A DNA stretch of 64,000 bases from Nitrospirota bacterium (GTDB taxonomy: Bacteria; Nitrospirota; Thermodesulfovibrionia; UBA6902; JAJYJJ01), in the NCBI GenBank assembly GCA_021789595.1, contig JAJYJJ010000008.1, positions 25,403 through 89,402 on the forward strand. Direction: 5' to 3'. How positions within the stretch are numbered: the stretch's first letter is position 1; each line of letters opens with the position of its first letter. Shown here piece by piece: positions 9,166-18,069 of this stretch. The notes under the pieces were generated by a model, which searched no databases, was not told the origin of the DNA, and saw only the letters and a program-made list of their open reading frames with translations. A program made the translations under genes and the position numbers.

Positions 9166-10473
9166 ATGCTGAGAAAAATATTAAAAGCCACGAGTTTAGC
9201 CATCACTGTTTCAGGGTTGTTACTTTTTTTATCCTTTACAAATGCCTATGCGGTGCCAAGTTTTGCACGGCAGACGGGAATGGCTTGTTCAGTCTGCCAT
9301 ATGGTTTTTCCTGAATTGACACCATTCGGGCGACTTTTCAAGTTGGAGGGTTATACCCTGAGTAATACCGCACAGGTCAAAGAGACAGAGGGGAATGAAA
9401 TGCATGCCCTGCTCAGTAAGATCCCGCCCCTATCGGCTATGATACAAGCATCTTATACCTCTATAAAAAAGGCACAACAGGGTATTCAAAACGGGAATAT
9501 CTCCTTCCCACAACAGCTTAGCGTGTTTTATGCCGGCAAGATTACTTCTAAGATTGGGGCCTTCGCGCAGATCACTTACGATGGTGAGAGTGGCGTTTTT
9601 TCCTTAGATATGGCAGATGTTCGTTATGCCGACCATGCAACATTAAGGGGTAAAGATCTGATTTATGGCCTTACTCTAAACAACAATCCCACGATGCAAG
9701 ATGTCTGGAATAGTACCCCCATATGGGGCTTTCCCTATGCCTCATCAAGTGTTGCTCCGACCCCAGAAGCTGAAACGCAAATCTTTGCAGGCTTTGACAA
9801 AGTCGGTGGTCTTGGTGCCTATGTCTTTTGGAACAACCTGATATATGCGGAGTTGAGTGGCTACCGCACTGCACAGAGTAGTGCCACCCCACTAAAAGGA
9901 GTTGCACCATACTGGCGCATAGCTGTAGAGCCTAACTGGGGTCACCATTCCCTGTCTGTTGGCACTTATGGTATGGTAGCCGATATTTACCCCGCCCCCC
10001 CGGGCTATGTCTCTGGGGGACCAACAGACCGTTATACGGACCTCGCTCTTGACTCGCAGTACCAGTATATCAGCGGTGATAATATTTTCTCTGCCCATAC
10101 GACATGGATTCACGAGAAGCGAAACTTAAACGCCAGTTATACCCTGGGCAATGCGGAAAACTCCTTAGGCAAGCTGCGTACCTTTAAAGTGGATGGAACC
10201 TACTACTACAAACGTCGTTATGGTGCATCAGTGGGTTATTTTTCTACAACAGGAAGTTCAGATTCATTCCTCTATGCCTCCAGTAGGACATATAGTCCGG
10301 ACAGTAATGGTTTTATTATAGAATTGAATTATTTGCCATGGGAGAATACCAAACTTTCACTACAATATACAGCCTACAGCAAGTTCGACGGGGCCAAGAC
10401 GAATTATGACGGCTCTGGCAGAAACGCTTCCGACAATAACACGCTCTATGTGCTTGCTTGGCTTGTGTTTTAA
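9166..10473 (+). CDS. cyc2: Cyc2-like fused monohaem cytochrome c / outer-membrane beta-barrel porin
   Basis: Signal peptide ending AYA, then VPSFARQTGMACSVCH...FPELTPFGRLFKLEGYT. About 380 aa of alternating aromatic/Gly-rich beta-strand-like sequence follow, ending in ...LAWLVF (C-terminal Phe). Confidence 0.62.
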   Translation: MLRKILKATSLAITVSGLLLFLSFTNAYAVPSFARQTGMACSVCHMVFPELTPFGRLFKLEGYTLSNTAQVKETEGNEMHALLSKIPPLSAMIQASYTSIKKAQQGIQNGNISFPQQLSVFYAGKITSKIGAFAQITYDGESGVFSLDMADVRYADHATLRGKDLIYGLTLNNNPTMQDVWNSTPIWGFPYASSSVAPTPEAETQIFAGFDKVGGLGAYVFWNNLIYAELSGYRTAQSSATPLKGVAPYWRIAVEPNWGHHSLSVGTYGMVADIYPAPPGYVSGGPTDRYTDLALDSQYQYISGDNIFSAHTTWIHEKRNLNASYTLGNAENSLGKLRTFKVDGTYYYKRRYGASVGYFSTTGSSDSFLYASSRTYSPDSNGFIIELNYLPWENTKLSLQYTAYSKFDGAKTNYDGSGRNASDNNTLYVLAWLVF

Positions 10474-10488
10474 ACCACCCACTCTTTA

Positions 10489-10516
10489 ATGACCCTCCCC
10501 TTAAGGGGAGGGTCAT
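10489..10516. terminator. perfect 28-nt palindrome after the cyc2-like gene (terminator or REP-like hairpin)
   Basis: ATGACCCTCCCC-TTAA-GGGGAGGGTCAT with no clear T tract. The CCCTCCC/GGGAGGG core resembles the arsA insert modules. Confidence 0.4.
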
Positions 10517-10680
10517 AGAGAATATACTCCTTTACACCTTATATCATATCCCTCACCACTGCGTCATCTTAAACAACAAGTATAGATCTTCTCTCCATAC
10601 CCTCCATTTTTGTTTCCACCGCACTGTATCTTAGGGTATACTAATACAAACGCGATAAATGATGTTTAATAAATATTGTA

Positions 10681-11103
10681 ATGAAGATATTAAAATTCCC
10701 CTTCTGGTTTACAAATGGAAGGACTCAGATCCTATGGCAGACCTCCTATCATGACAGGTATCTGCCTGAAAAGACCTACACCATACCTTTGCCTTATATA
10801 GAGATGAACCATCAGGATGCGGCTAAAATCGGGATAAAAAGCGGGGATATGGTTGAAGTCTTCAATATGGATGGTAATGTTGTTACCGTGGTGTATGTCA
10901 ATGATTCGCCTCCCCCTGGTATGGTATTTGGTCTCATGTACCATCCGGAGGGATCCCTTAACCACCTGACAACCTCGTACACTGATCCCAAGACCACTAT
11001 TCCATGGTATAAGGCTTCAAGGGTCGGTATACGGAAGCTCAGTGGCCCCATTGAGGGGGTTATAAAAAACACATCATTCCTCCCAATAAATGATTGGAGA
11101 TAA
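10681..11103 (+). pseudogene. orphan C-terminal molybdopterin-dinucleotide-binding domain fragment of a Mo-bisPGD enzyme large subunit
   Basis: The 140 aa (...TNGRTQILWQTSYHD...PYIEMNHQDAAKIGIKSGDMVEVFN..G...) match the extreme C-terminal beta-barrel domain of DMSO-reductase-family subunits. There is no upstream coding continuation. Confidence 0.6.
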
Positions 11104-11156
11104 TGCGTCTCACTGTGATGAATGAAATCACAAATATTTAGCCTGCGTTACCATGT

Positions 11157-11192
11157 GGGCGGCCAGATGGCCGCCCATTATTTTCTTTTTTT
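11157..11192 (+). terminator. rho-independent terminator
   Basis: GGGCGGCC-AGAT-GGCCGCCC followed by ATTATTTTCTTTTTTT. Confidence 0.75.
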
Positions 11193-11218
11193 CTGACCTG
11201 CTGCGCTTCAGGTTATAT

Positions 11219-12457
11219 TTAAACCCCTATTGCAGGTTCAATCCCGTATCTTCTCATCTTCCTCCAGAGTGTAGAGCGGCTCAGGCCAAGCATATTTGCA
11301 GCACAGCCTTTATTGTAGGAAGATTCCCTCAGGGCATTGAGAATCCTCTGTTTTTCATCAGCCTCGGTATGGTTTATCGCCGGATGTTCCAGCGGCCCCT
11401 CCATTTCATAGTCCAGGCAGAGGTGTTCAGGCAGAATGGTATCATCATCAGCAGCACAGACAAGGGCGCTTTCTAAAACCGAGAAGAGTTCTCTGATATT
11501 CCCATACCATTGATGGGATAGGAGTAATTTCATGGCAGATGGGCTGATATTTTTCTTTCCTTGAAGGAAATTGGTAACAAGGCAGGGGATGTCCTCCTTT
11601 CTTTCCCTTAACGGTGGGACAAAGAGCCTCACCACTGATATCCTGAAGAAAAGGTCGAGCCTGAATTCCCCTGTCTTTGTCATCTCCCAGAGCGGCTTGT
11701 TGGATGATGAGATTATCCTCACATGGCTTGTCCTCTCCTTTGCAGCGCCGAGGGGTCTGTATCTTCTGGTATCTAAAAAGGTGAGGAGTTTTGATTGGCA
11801 GTTGAGGGGCAGGTTCGAGATCTCATCAAGAAAAAGGGTGCCCCTGTCAGCAAGGGCGATGTATCCCATTTTCTCGGTGCTGGCGCCTGTGAATGCGCCC
11901 TTTTCATAACCGAATAGTTCTGATTCAAAGAGTGTTTCAGGGATGGCTGAACAATTTATGTGGATGAAGGTTCCTCCACTGTGGGGGCTATGTTGATGGA
12001 TGAATCGCGCAAGTTCAGTCTTACCTGTCCCTGTTTCTCCGAGGATGGTTATCGGGGCGTCCTTATTTGCAGCTAAGACGGCCCTCTGCAAGGTCATTGA
12101 CATTGTCTTGTTCTTTGTTGCCCAGGAAAGTTCTCTTGAGGTGTCATAGCGGTCTATGCCCTTAATGAAGTTCCATATACCACCCACTACCTTACCATTC
12201 TCATCCTTGACAGGATAGTAGATAAATGTGCCTGTTATCCTGCCGCCTGGTGTCTTCAGGAACCCCGTGGTTATCGCTATATCCTGAGGAGGATAATCAC
12301 GTGGGCAGAAACCTTTGGATGTGCAGACACTGTTCAGCAAGGAGTGGCCCGTATCTTTTAATCCACAGATATCCTTTGCCTTTTCACTTGTTGAAAGGAT
12401 GTTCCCTTTTCCATCGGTCAAGAAAAAAATGGCCGACCCTAATGAAGATGTTTCCAT
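11219..12457 (-). CDS. sigma-54-dependent transcriptional activator (PAS-like sensor, AAA+ domain, Fis-type HTH)
   Basis: Walker A GETGTGKT, the GAFTGA loop (YEKGAFTGA), and C-terminal HTH (AANMLGLSRSTLWRKMRRYGI). No receiver domain. Confidence 0.9.
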   Translation of the reverse strand: METSSLGSAIFFLTDGKGNILSTSEKAKDICGLKDTGHSLLNSVCTSKGFCPRDYPPQDIAITTGFLKTPGGRITGTFIYYPVKDENGKVVGGIWNFIKGIDRYDTSRELSWATKNKTMSMTLQRAVLAANKDAPITILGETGTGKTELARFIHQHSPHSGGTFIHINCSAIPETLFESELFGYEKGAFTGASTEKMGYIALADRGTLFLDEISNLPLNCQSKLLTFLDTRRYRPLGAAKERTSHVRIISSSNKPLWEMTKTGEFRLDLFFRISVVRLFVPPLRERKEDIPCLVTNFLQGKKNISPSAMKLLLSHQWYGNIRELFSVLESALVCAADDDTILPEHLCLDYEMEGPLEHPAINHTEADEKQRILNALRESSYNKGCAANMLGLSRSTLWRKMRRYGIEPAIGV

Positions 12458-12478
12458 GGTACCTCCTGTTCAGCAGTT

Positions 12479-12516
12479 TGTTTCATTATGTTTCATTATA
12501 TGTTTCACACGAAACA
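12479..12516. promoter_or_regulatory. three TGTTTCA repeats, the last forming TGTTTC-ACAC-GAAACA (candidate UAS)
   Basis: TGTTTCA occurs at 12479, 12489 and 12501, with GAAACA at 12511-12516. It lies between the activator gene start and the sigma-54 promoter at 12567. Confidence 0.4.
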
Positions 12517-12566
12517 AAGTCAAGAGAAAATGGATTAAATATCCTTAGTTATCAAGCCAGAGAAAT

Positions 12567-12582
12567 TGGCATGAGTATTGCT
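12567..12582 (+). promoter_or_regulatory. sigma-54 (-24/-12) promoter TGGCATGAGTATTGCT
   Basis: Near-consensus TGGCAC-N5-TTGCW with exact spacing. It is divergent from the activator gene and upstream of the cytochrome/Mo-family operon. Confidence 0.6.
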
Positions 12583-12626
12583 TGATAGTTATGTCTTAAA
12601 AAGTCTTCTTTGCAGATATTTATGCA

Positions 12627-12983
12627 GTGGATTCTGCTTACATCGGCAGGCAGGAATCAGATTTTATGGATATAACATCAGGCGTAAAAATATATGGACT
12701 CTGTCTGGAGAGATTAAAGCACCAGATAAGTATTGCCAGATCAAGGATTGAAAAGGGACATGAGGAGGATACGAGGGAAATTGTCCTTGAATGCTATAAC
12801 ACGGGCAATGTAGATGACATCATAGATATACTGGAACTTTATGACATAGGTGATGACAAGAGAATAGATACACTAAAAGACAAACTTGATGAGCTGGCAT
12901 ACACTGCCTCTCTGCTTGTGAGGGAAAAGGTGAAGTTTGGCTTCTCTGAAGAAGGCGAGTTGTGTCTTTATCTGGTGAGATGA
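12627..12983 (+). CDS. hypothetical acidic cytoplasmic protein (118 aa)
   Basis: Its stop TGA (12981-12983) overlaps the ATG (12980) of the cytochrome gene in an ATGA coupling, which supports a real gene. The start codon is uncertain. Confidence 0.5.
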   Translation: MDSAYIGRQESDFMDITSGVKIYGLCLERLKHQISIARSRIEKGHEEDTREIVLECYNTGNVDDIIDILELYDIGDDKRIDTLKDKLDELAYTASLLVREKVKFGFSEEGELCLYLVR

Positions 12984-13456
12984 AGAGATTTGTGGTCATA
13001 GTATCTATAGTTATCTTTGTCTCTGGCTGCGGAGAGACGGTAAGGCAGCCCATAAAATTCAACCACAAGAAGCATGTGGATATGGGAATTGGGTGCGATA
13101 CCTGCCACATCTATGTGAAAGAGCAGCCCTTTGCAGGGCTTCCGAAGATAGAGATATGTCTCGGCTGTCATGAGGCACCGATTACAAAGAGTGCAGAAGA
13201 GGAGAAGATAAGAGATTTCAAGAAGAGGGACATCGAGTTGAGATGGACTAAACTCACCAATCTTCCAGACTATGTCTATTTCTCACATAGAAGGCATGTG
13301 GGCATTGCAAAACTGGACTGCAAGGGCTGTCATGGGGATATCGCTGAAATGCCAGTGCCTCCTGAAAGGGCATTGGTGAGCCTTAAGATGGGGGATTGTA
13401 TTGATTGCCATAGGAAGAAAAAGGCAAAGACCGATTGTATATACTGCCACAGGTGA
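12980..13456 (+). CDS. pentahaem c-type cytochrome lipoprotein (ActA/Qrc-type electron-transfer subunit)
   Basis: Five CxxCH motifs (CDTCH, CLGCH, CKGCH, CIDCH, CIYCH). Lipobox VSGC follows MKRFVVIVSIVIF. The start was moved to ATG 12980 (the track starts at GTG 12962). Confidence 0.8.
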   Translation: MKRFVVIVSIVIFVSGCGETVRQPIKFNHKKHVDMGIGCDTCHIYVKEQPFAGLPKIEICLGCHEAPITKSAEEEKIRDFKKRDIELRWTKLTNLPDYVYFSHRRHVGIAKLDCKGCHGDIAEMPVPPERALVSLKMGDCIDCHRKKKAKTDCIYCHR

Positions 13457-13465
13457 GGGGATTTA

Positions 13466-15646
13466 ATGGCTCTAACGAGAAGGGACTTTATTAAGGTTGT
13501 TGGGATAGGGGCATTCGCAGCCACTACAGGCTGCACAAAGCTCTCTGAGTTTATGGATGAAGGAGCGGTTTCTGTACCGCCAAATGGCGTCGAGAAATGG
13601 ATACCCTCTGTATGTGGACAGTGCTCTGGAGGCTGCGGAATAATTGCGAGGGTTATTGATGGGAGGGTGGTAAAGATAGAGGGCAATCCCCTTTCCCCGA
13701 TAAATAGAGGGACCCTGTGTGCGAGAGGACAGGCAGGTCTTCAGGTGTTGTATGACCCGGACAGGATAAGGGCTCCTCTGAGGAGGGTCGGGGACAGGGG
13801 CTCTGACAGGTGGAGGGAGATAGGCTGGGATGAGGCTATAGGGGAGGTTGCGGAGAGGCTTAACGGGATAAGGAGAAAGGGCATCCCCCATAAGGTGGCC
13901 ATGATCTCCGGTTCTGAGAGGGGATCGATGGATCTCCTGTTGTGCCGGTTCATGGAAGCCCTTGGTTCTCCCAATTATTTTCTCATGCCAGATGACAACG
14001 ATGATATACAGATAGATGCGATCTCTGTTATGCAGGGCATAAAAGGCAGGCCCCTCTTCGATATATCCCGTGCAAGATACATCCTGTCCTTTGGTTCTCC
14101 CCTGATCGAGACCTTTTCATCACCCGTCCAGACCATGAGGATGTACGGGGAGTTCAGGGGCGGGAATGGAAAGATGAGGGGCAGGCTGGTCCATATCTCA
14201 CCCCGTCTTTCCGTAACAGGCATAAAGGCGGACAGGTGGGTACCCTTAAGACCGGGCACAGAGGGCGTCTTTGCCCTGGGGATCGCCCATGTAATCATAA
14301 AGGAGTCGCTCTATGATAGAGACTTCATTTCCAGCCATACATCAGGATTTGATGGATTCAGGGAAATCCTCCTCAAGGAGTATACACCATCTTATGTCTC
14401 GAAGATAACATCCCTTGCCGAAGACAGGACAATAGAGATAGCAAGAGAATTTGCCTCATTCAGGCCCTCCCTGGCGATAGCAAACAGGTGTAGGTTATAT
14501 GACCAGATGGCTATTCATTCATTAAACGCCCTTATAGGCAGCATAGGTAAAAGGGGAGGGATAATCTTCCAGAGCGCTCCGGGGCCTTATGCCCTTCCGC
14601 TATCGGAAAGGGCAATAGCGATGACCCCCATTTCCGGTTCACCCTATACGCTTTCTGAGGCGATAAGAAATGGGTCTCCCTACAGCCTGGAAGCCCTTTT
14701 GATTTATAACTGTAATCCCCTCTTCTCCCTGCCCGATATGCATGAGGCATCCAGGGGAATTCCCTTTATTGTGAGTTTCTCTCCCTTCATGAATGAGACA
14801 GCAAGGACGGCAGACCTCATCCTCCCTAACAACACCTATCTCGAAAACTGGGGAGACGTCCTGAGCCATACTGCCGAAGGGACTGCCATCGGCATAAGAC
14901 AGCCTGTCCTGAAGCCGATATACAGGACCATGCAGACCGGTGATGTGATATTAAGGATTGCGAGGAATATGGGCGGGGACATAGAAAAAAGCATGCCCTG
15001 GGGAAGTTTTAAGGATGCCCTTTTTTATTCTTTAAGGCAGCTTCGTAAAAGAAAGGGAGAGGTATTCGGCATTTCAAAGGGATTAAGGGGGGAAGAGGAA
15101 TTTTTGGAGGCCATGCTGGCAGGCGGCGGTTATCGGGAGCCATCGGATTACCAGAGGCCTGGGGAATTTGATTTCCATCAAGTTACCTCACCACAGGCCG
15201 TGAGAGATTATAAGAAGGGCCTATCCGGGGGAGATGAAAAAGACTATCCCCTTTATCTGAATATACACAGGCTTTCGACACATTCGGGCATCACCGATTA
15301 TAACCAGCCCTATCTGAAGGAATCCCTCACACCGGAGATCCCGGAGGCCTGGGATTCATGGGTGGAGATAAATCCGGAGACAGGAAAGAGACGGGGCATT
15401 AGCACAGGGGATATGGTTGTTGTTGAATCTCAGGCGGGGAGGATAAGGCTCAGGGCGAGGTTATATCAGGGGATAATGCCTGATGTTGTGAGCATCCCCT
15501 TTGGACTTGGAGAGGCAGGCCTGGGCAGATGGAATAAAAACATAGGGGTCAATCCGGAGAAGATACTGGTGAAGGATATAGATCTGCCTTCAGGCAATCT
15601 AATCAGAAATTCCACAAGGGTGAGAATATACAGGGCAGATGGCTAA
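13466..15646 (+). CDS. molybdopterin-oxidoreductase-family large subunit with Tat signal (Psr/Qrc/ActB1-like)
   Basis: Twin-arginine signal TRRDFIKVVGIGAFAA, FS0 motif CGQCSGGCG...x27..C, and a C-terminal MopB_CT-like domain (GISTGDMVVVES..G). Confidence 0.85.
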   Translation: MALTRRDFIKVVGIGAFAATTGCTKLSEFMDEGAVSVPPNGVEKWIPSVCGQCSGGCGIIARVIDGRVVKIEGNPLSPINRGTLCARGQAGLQVLYDPDRIRAPLRRVGDRGSDRWREIGWDEAIGEVAERLNGIRRKGIPHKVAMISGSERGSMDLLLCRFMEALGSPNYFLMPDDNDDIQIDAISVMQGIKGRPLFDISRARYILSFGSPLIETFSSPVQTMRMYGEFRGGNGKMRGRLVHISPRLSVTGIKADRWVPLRPGTEGVFALGIAHVIIKESLYDRDFISSHTSGFDGFREILLKEYTPSYVSKITSLAEDRTIEIAREFASFRPSLAIANRCRLYDQMAIHSLNALIGSIGKRGGIIFQSAPGPYALPLSERAIAMTPISGSPYTLSEAIRNGSPYSLEALLIYNCNPLFSLPDMHEASRGIPFIVSFSPFMNETARTADLILPNNTYLENWGDVLSHTAEGTAIGIRQPVLKPIYRTMQTGDVILRIARNMGGDIEKSMPWGSFKDALFYSLRQLRKRKGEVFGISKGLRGEEEFLEAMLAGGGYREPSDYQRPGEFDFHQVTSPQAVRDYKKGLSGGDEKDYPLYLNIHRLSTHSGITDYNQPYLKESLTPEIPEAWDSWVEINPETGKRRGISTGDMVVVESQAGRIRLRARLYQGIMPDVVSIPFGLGEAGLGRWNKNIGVNPEKILVKDIDLPSGNLIRNSTRVRIYRADG

Positions 15647-16322
15647 ATGGGTAATGGTCATAGACCTCGATAAATGCACTGCCTGCCAGGCCTGTGTTGT
15701 AGCCTGCCAGGTGGAAAACAACATTCCCATTGCAGGTCCTGATGAGACAGAAAGGCAGAGGATTATTCGGTGGATGGAGATAATACCTTTTATCTATGGA
15801 GAATATCCTGATGTGAGGATGAGACTGCTGCCGAGACCATGTATGCAATGTGACAACCCGCCATGCACAAAGGTTTGTCCTGTGAGGGCGACCATGCTGG
15901 GACCTGAGGGGATAGTGGCACAGATATACCCGAGGTGCATAGGCTGTAGATACTGCACCTCTGCATGCCCCTACACCGTGAAATACTTTAACTGGCACAC
16001 ACCATCATGGCCCGAGGAGATGAGAAATTCCCTCAACCCCGACGTCTCTGTGAGGCCGGCAGGGGTTGTTGAGAAATGCACCTTCTGCATCCATAGGCTC
16101 CAGAAGGCGAGGGAAAAGGCTGCTGCTGAAGGAAGGCAACTCAGGGAGGGTGATTACATCCCTGCCTGCGTCCAGACATGCCCGAGCTGTGCCATGTATT
16201 TCGGCGATAGCGAGAACCCGAAGAGCATTGTCTCTGACCTCATAAAGAGTCCGAGGGCATTCAGGCTCCTTGAGGAAATAGGCACAGAGCCAAAGGTTTA
16301 TTATCTTTCAGAGGGACAATAG
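15639..16322 (+). CDS. 4x[4Fe-4S] ferredoxin-type subunit (PsrB/QrcC/ActB2-like)
   Basis: Four Cys clusters (CTACQACVVAC, CMQCDNPPCTKVC, CIGCRYCTSAC, CTFCIHR...CVQTC). It overlaps the upstream gene by 8 nt. Confidence 0.9.
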   Translation: MAKWVMVIDLDKCTACQACVVACQVENNIPIAGPDETERQRIIRWMEIIPFIYGEYPDVRMRLLPRPCMQCDNPPCTKVCPVRATMLGPEGIVAQIYPRCIGCRYCTSACPYTVKYFNWHTPSWPEEMRNSLNPDVSVRPAGVVEKCTFCIHRLQKAREKAAAEGRQLREGDYIPACVQTCPSCAMYFGDSENPKSIVSDLIKSPRAFRLLEEIGTEPKVYYLSEGQ

Positions 16323-16323
16323 G

Positions 16324-18069
16324 ATGGAGAGGGAAGATATACTGTTCAAGCCCATTGATAGGCCAGGCAGGAAATTTTACATAGTGGCAGGCATCATGAG
16401 TATGGTTGTGATCTGGGCATTTTATGCCTACATAACAGAGCTCAGGAACGGGCTCGGTGTCACGGGTCTAAACAGGCCTGTGTTCTGGGGGTTCTATATA
16501 ACAAATTTTGTATTCTTTATAGGCATAAGCCATGCAGGAACCCTCATCTCCGCAGTTCTGAGGATAACAAACGCAGAATGGAGGAAGTCCATAACAAGGT
16601 CTGCTGAAGTCATAACAGTCCTGGTTCTGGGCATCGGGGTCATGAACATATTGATGGACCTCGGCAGGCCTGACAGGGTTCTGAATATCATAAAGTATGG
16701 AAGATTCCAGTCTCCTCTTGTCTGGGACCTCATCAGCATTACAACCTATTTAACTGCAAGCATAATATACCTCTACCTCCCCCTTATCCCTGATATTGCT
16801 TTGTTGAGGGATAGGGTAAAAGATGAACCGAGGAAGTGGTTTTATAATATTCTTTCTATTGGCTGGAAAGGGACAGAGGAACAACAAAGGATACTCAACG
16901 GGGCCATCGCTATTATGGCCATTCTTGTTATTCCTATAGCTGTCTCTGTCCATACAGTGGTTTCCTATGTTTTTGCGATGACCATACAACCCATGTGGCA
17001 CAGTGCAATATTCGGGCCTTACTTTGTTGTTGGGGCGATATTCTCTGGCATTGCTGCCATAATAATAATCATGGCAATAATCAGAAAGGTTTACCATCTT
17101 GAAGATTATTTGAGGCCAGTCCATTTTAAGAATTTGGGTATATTGTTATTTGTTATGGCCTGTCTATGGCTATATTTCACACTCAATGAGTATCTGACCA
17201 CCTTCTATGCTGCAGAGCCTGTTCAGATGAAGGTGTTTTACTCAAAGTTTACTGGAAGATATGCACACTTGTTCTGGCTCATGGTTATAACCTGTTTTGT
17301 TATCCCTGCCATACTCCTGGTGAATAAAAGGACGAGAACTATCTCAGGGATGGTTGCGGCATCTATTTCGATAACAATAGGTATGTGGCTTGAGAGATTT
17401 ATAATCATAGTACCCAGCCTTGCAAATCCGAGGCTTCCCTATGAAAGGGGTATATATTTTCCCACATGGGTTGAATGGTCATTGATGGCAGGGTGCTTTG
17501 CCCTATTTGCACTGATGTATATGGTATTCACAAAACTATTCCCCATCGTCTCTGTATGGGAGGTGAGAGAGGCGAGGGAGACGGGATTGAAGGAGATCAG
17601 GGAAAGGGTGAAGGAGTACCTGCCGGGTATGGAGGTACTTGCGAAGAATATTATGAGCAAGGAGGTTATTGCTGTCACACCTGAAACTACTGTGGAGGAG
17701 ATAGGCAGGCTACTCGCCTCCCATCGCATAAGCGGGGTGCCCGTGATAGATGCAGACAAAAGGGTGATAGGGGTGGTCTCGGAGTCGGATGTCATATTCA
17801 GGGAGATAAGGCATGAGTTCACTCTTGTGGAAAGACTGGGTAATATTATCCTGCCAGAACTGCGGAGGGAGGGTGAGAGGTCTGGTAATACCGCAGGTGA
17901 GATAATGACCTCTCCTGCTATTACTGCAGAGGAAGAGACTTCCCTTACTGAACTCATGGAGATAATCAGGGAGAAGAAGATAAAGAGGATAGTCATAGTG
18001 GATAAGGTCGGACGGCTTGCAGGGATAGTCTCGAGGATTGATATAGTAAAGGCGATTGAAAGGATATAA
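16324..18069 (+). CDS. NrfD/PsrC-family integral membrane subunit fused to a C-terminal CBS-pair domain
   Basis: The first ~420 aa are polytopic NrfD-like (GLGVTGLNRPVFWGFYITNFVFFIGISHAGTLIS). From about residue 444 (nt 17653) there are two CBS motifs (SKEVIAVTPETTVEEI...GVPVID and EIMTSPAITA...KRIVIVD..GRLAGIVSRIDIVKA). Confidence 0.85.
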   Translation: MEREDILFKPIDRPGRKFYIVAGIMSMVVIWAFYAYITELRNGLGVTGLNRPVFWGFYITNFVFFIGISHAGTLISAVLRITNAEWRKSITRSAEVITVLVLGIGVMNILMDLGRPDRVLNIIKYGRFQSPLVWDLISITTYLTASIIYLYLPLIPDIALLRDRVKDEPRKWFYNILSIGWKGTEEQQRILNGAIAIMAILVIPIAVSVHTVVSYVFAMTIQPMWHSAIFGPYFVVGAIFSGIAAIIIIMAIIRKVYHLEDYLRPVHFKNLGILLFVMACLWLYFTLNEYLTTFYAAEPVQMKVFYSKFTGRYAHLFWLMVITCFVIPAILLVNKRTRTISGMVAASISITIGMWLERFIIIVPSLANPRLPYERGIYFPTWVEWSLMAGCFALFALMYMVFTKLFPIVSVWEVREARETGLKEIRERVKEYLPGMEVLAKNIMSKEVIAVTPETTVEEIGRLLASHRISGVPVIDADKRVIGVVSESDVIFREIRHEFTLVERLGNIILPELRREGERSGNTAGEIMTSPAITAEEETSLTELMEIIREKKIKRIVIVDKVGRLAGIVSRIDIVKAIERI

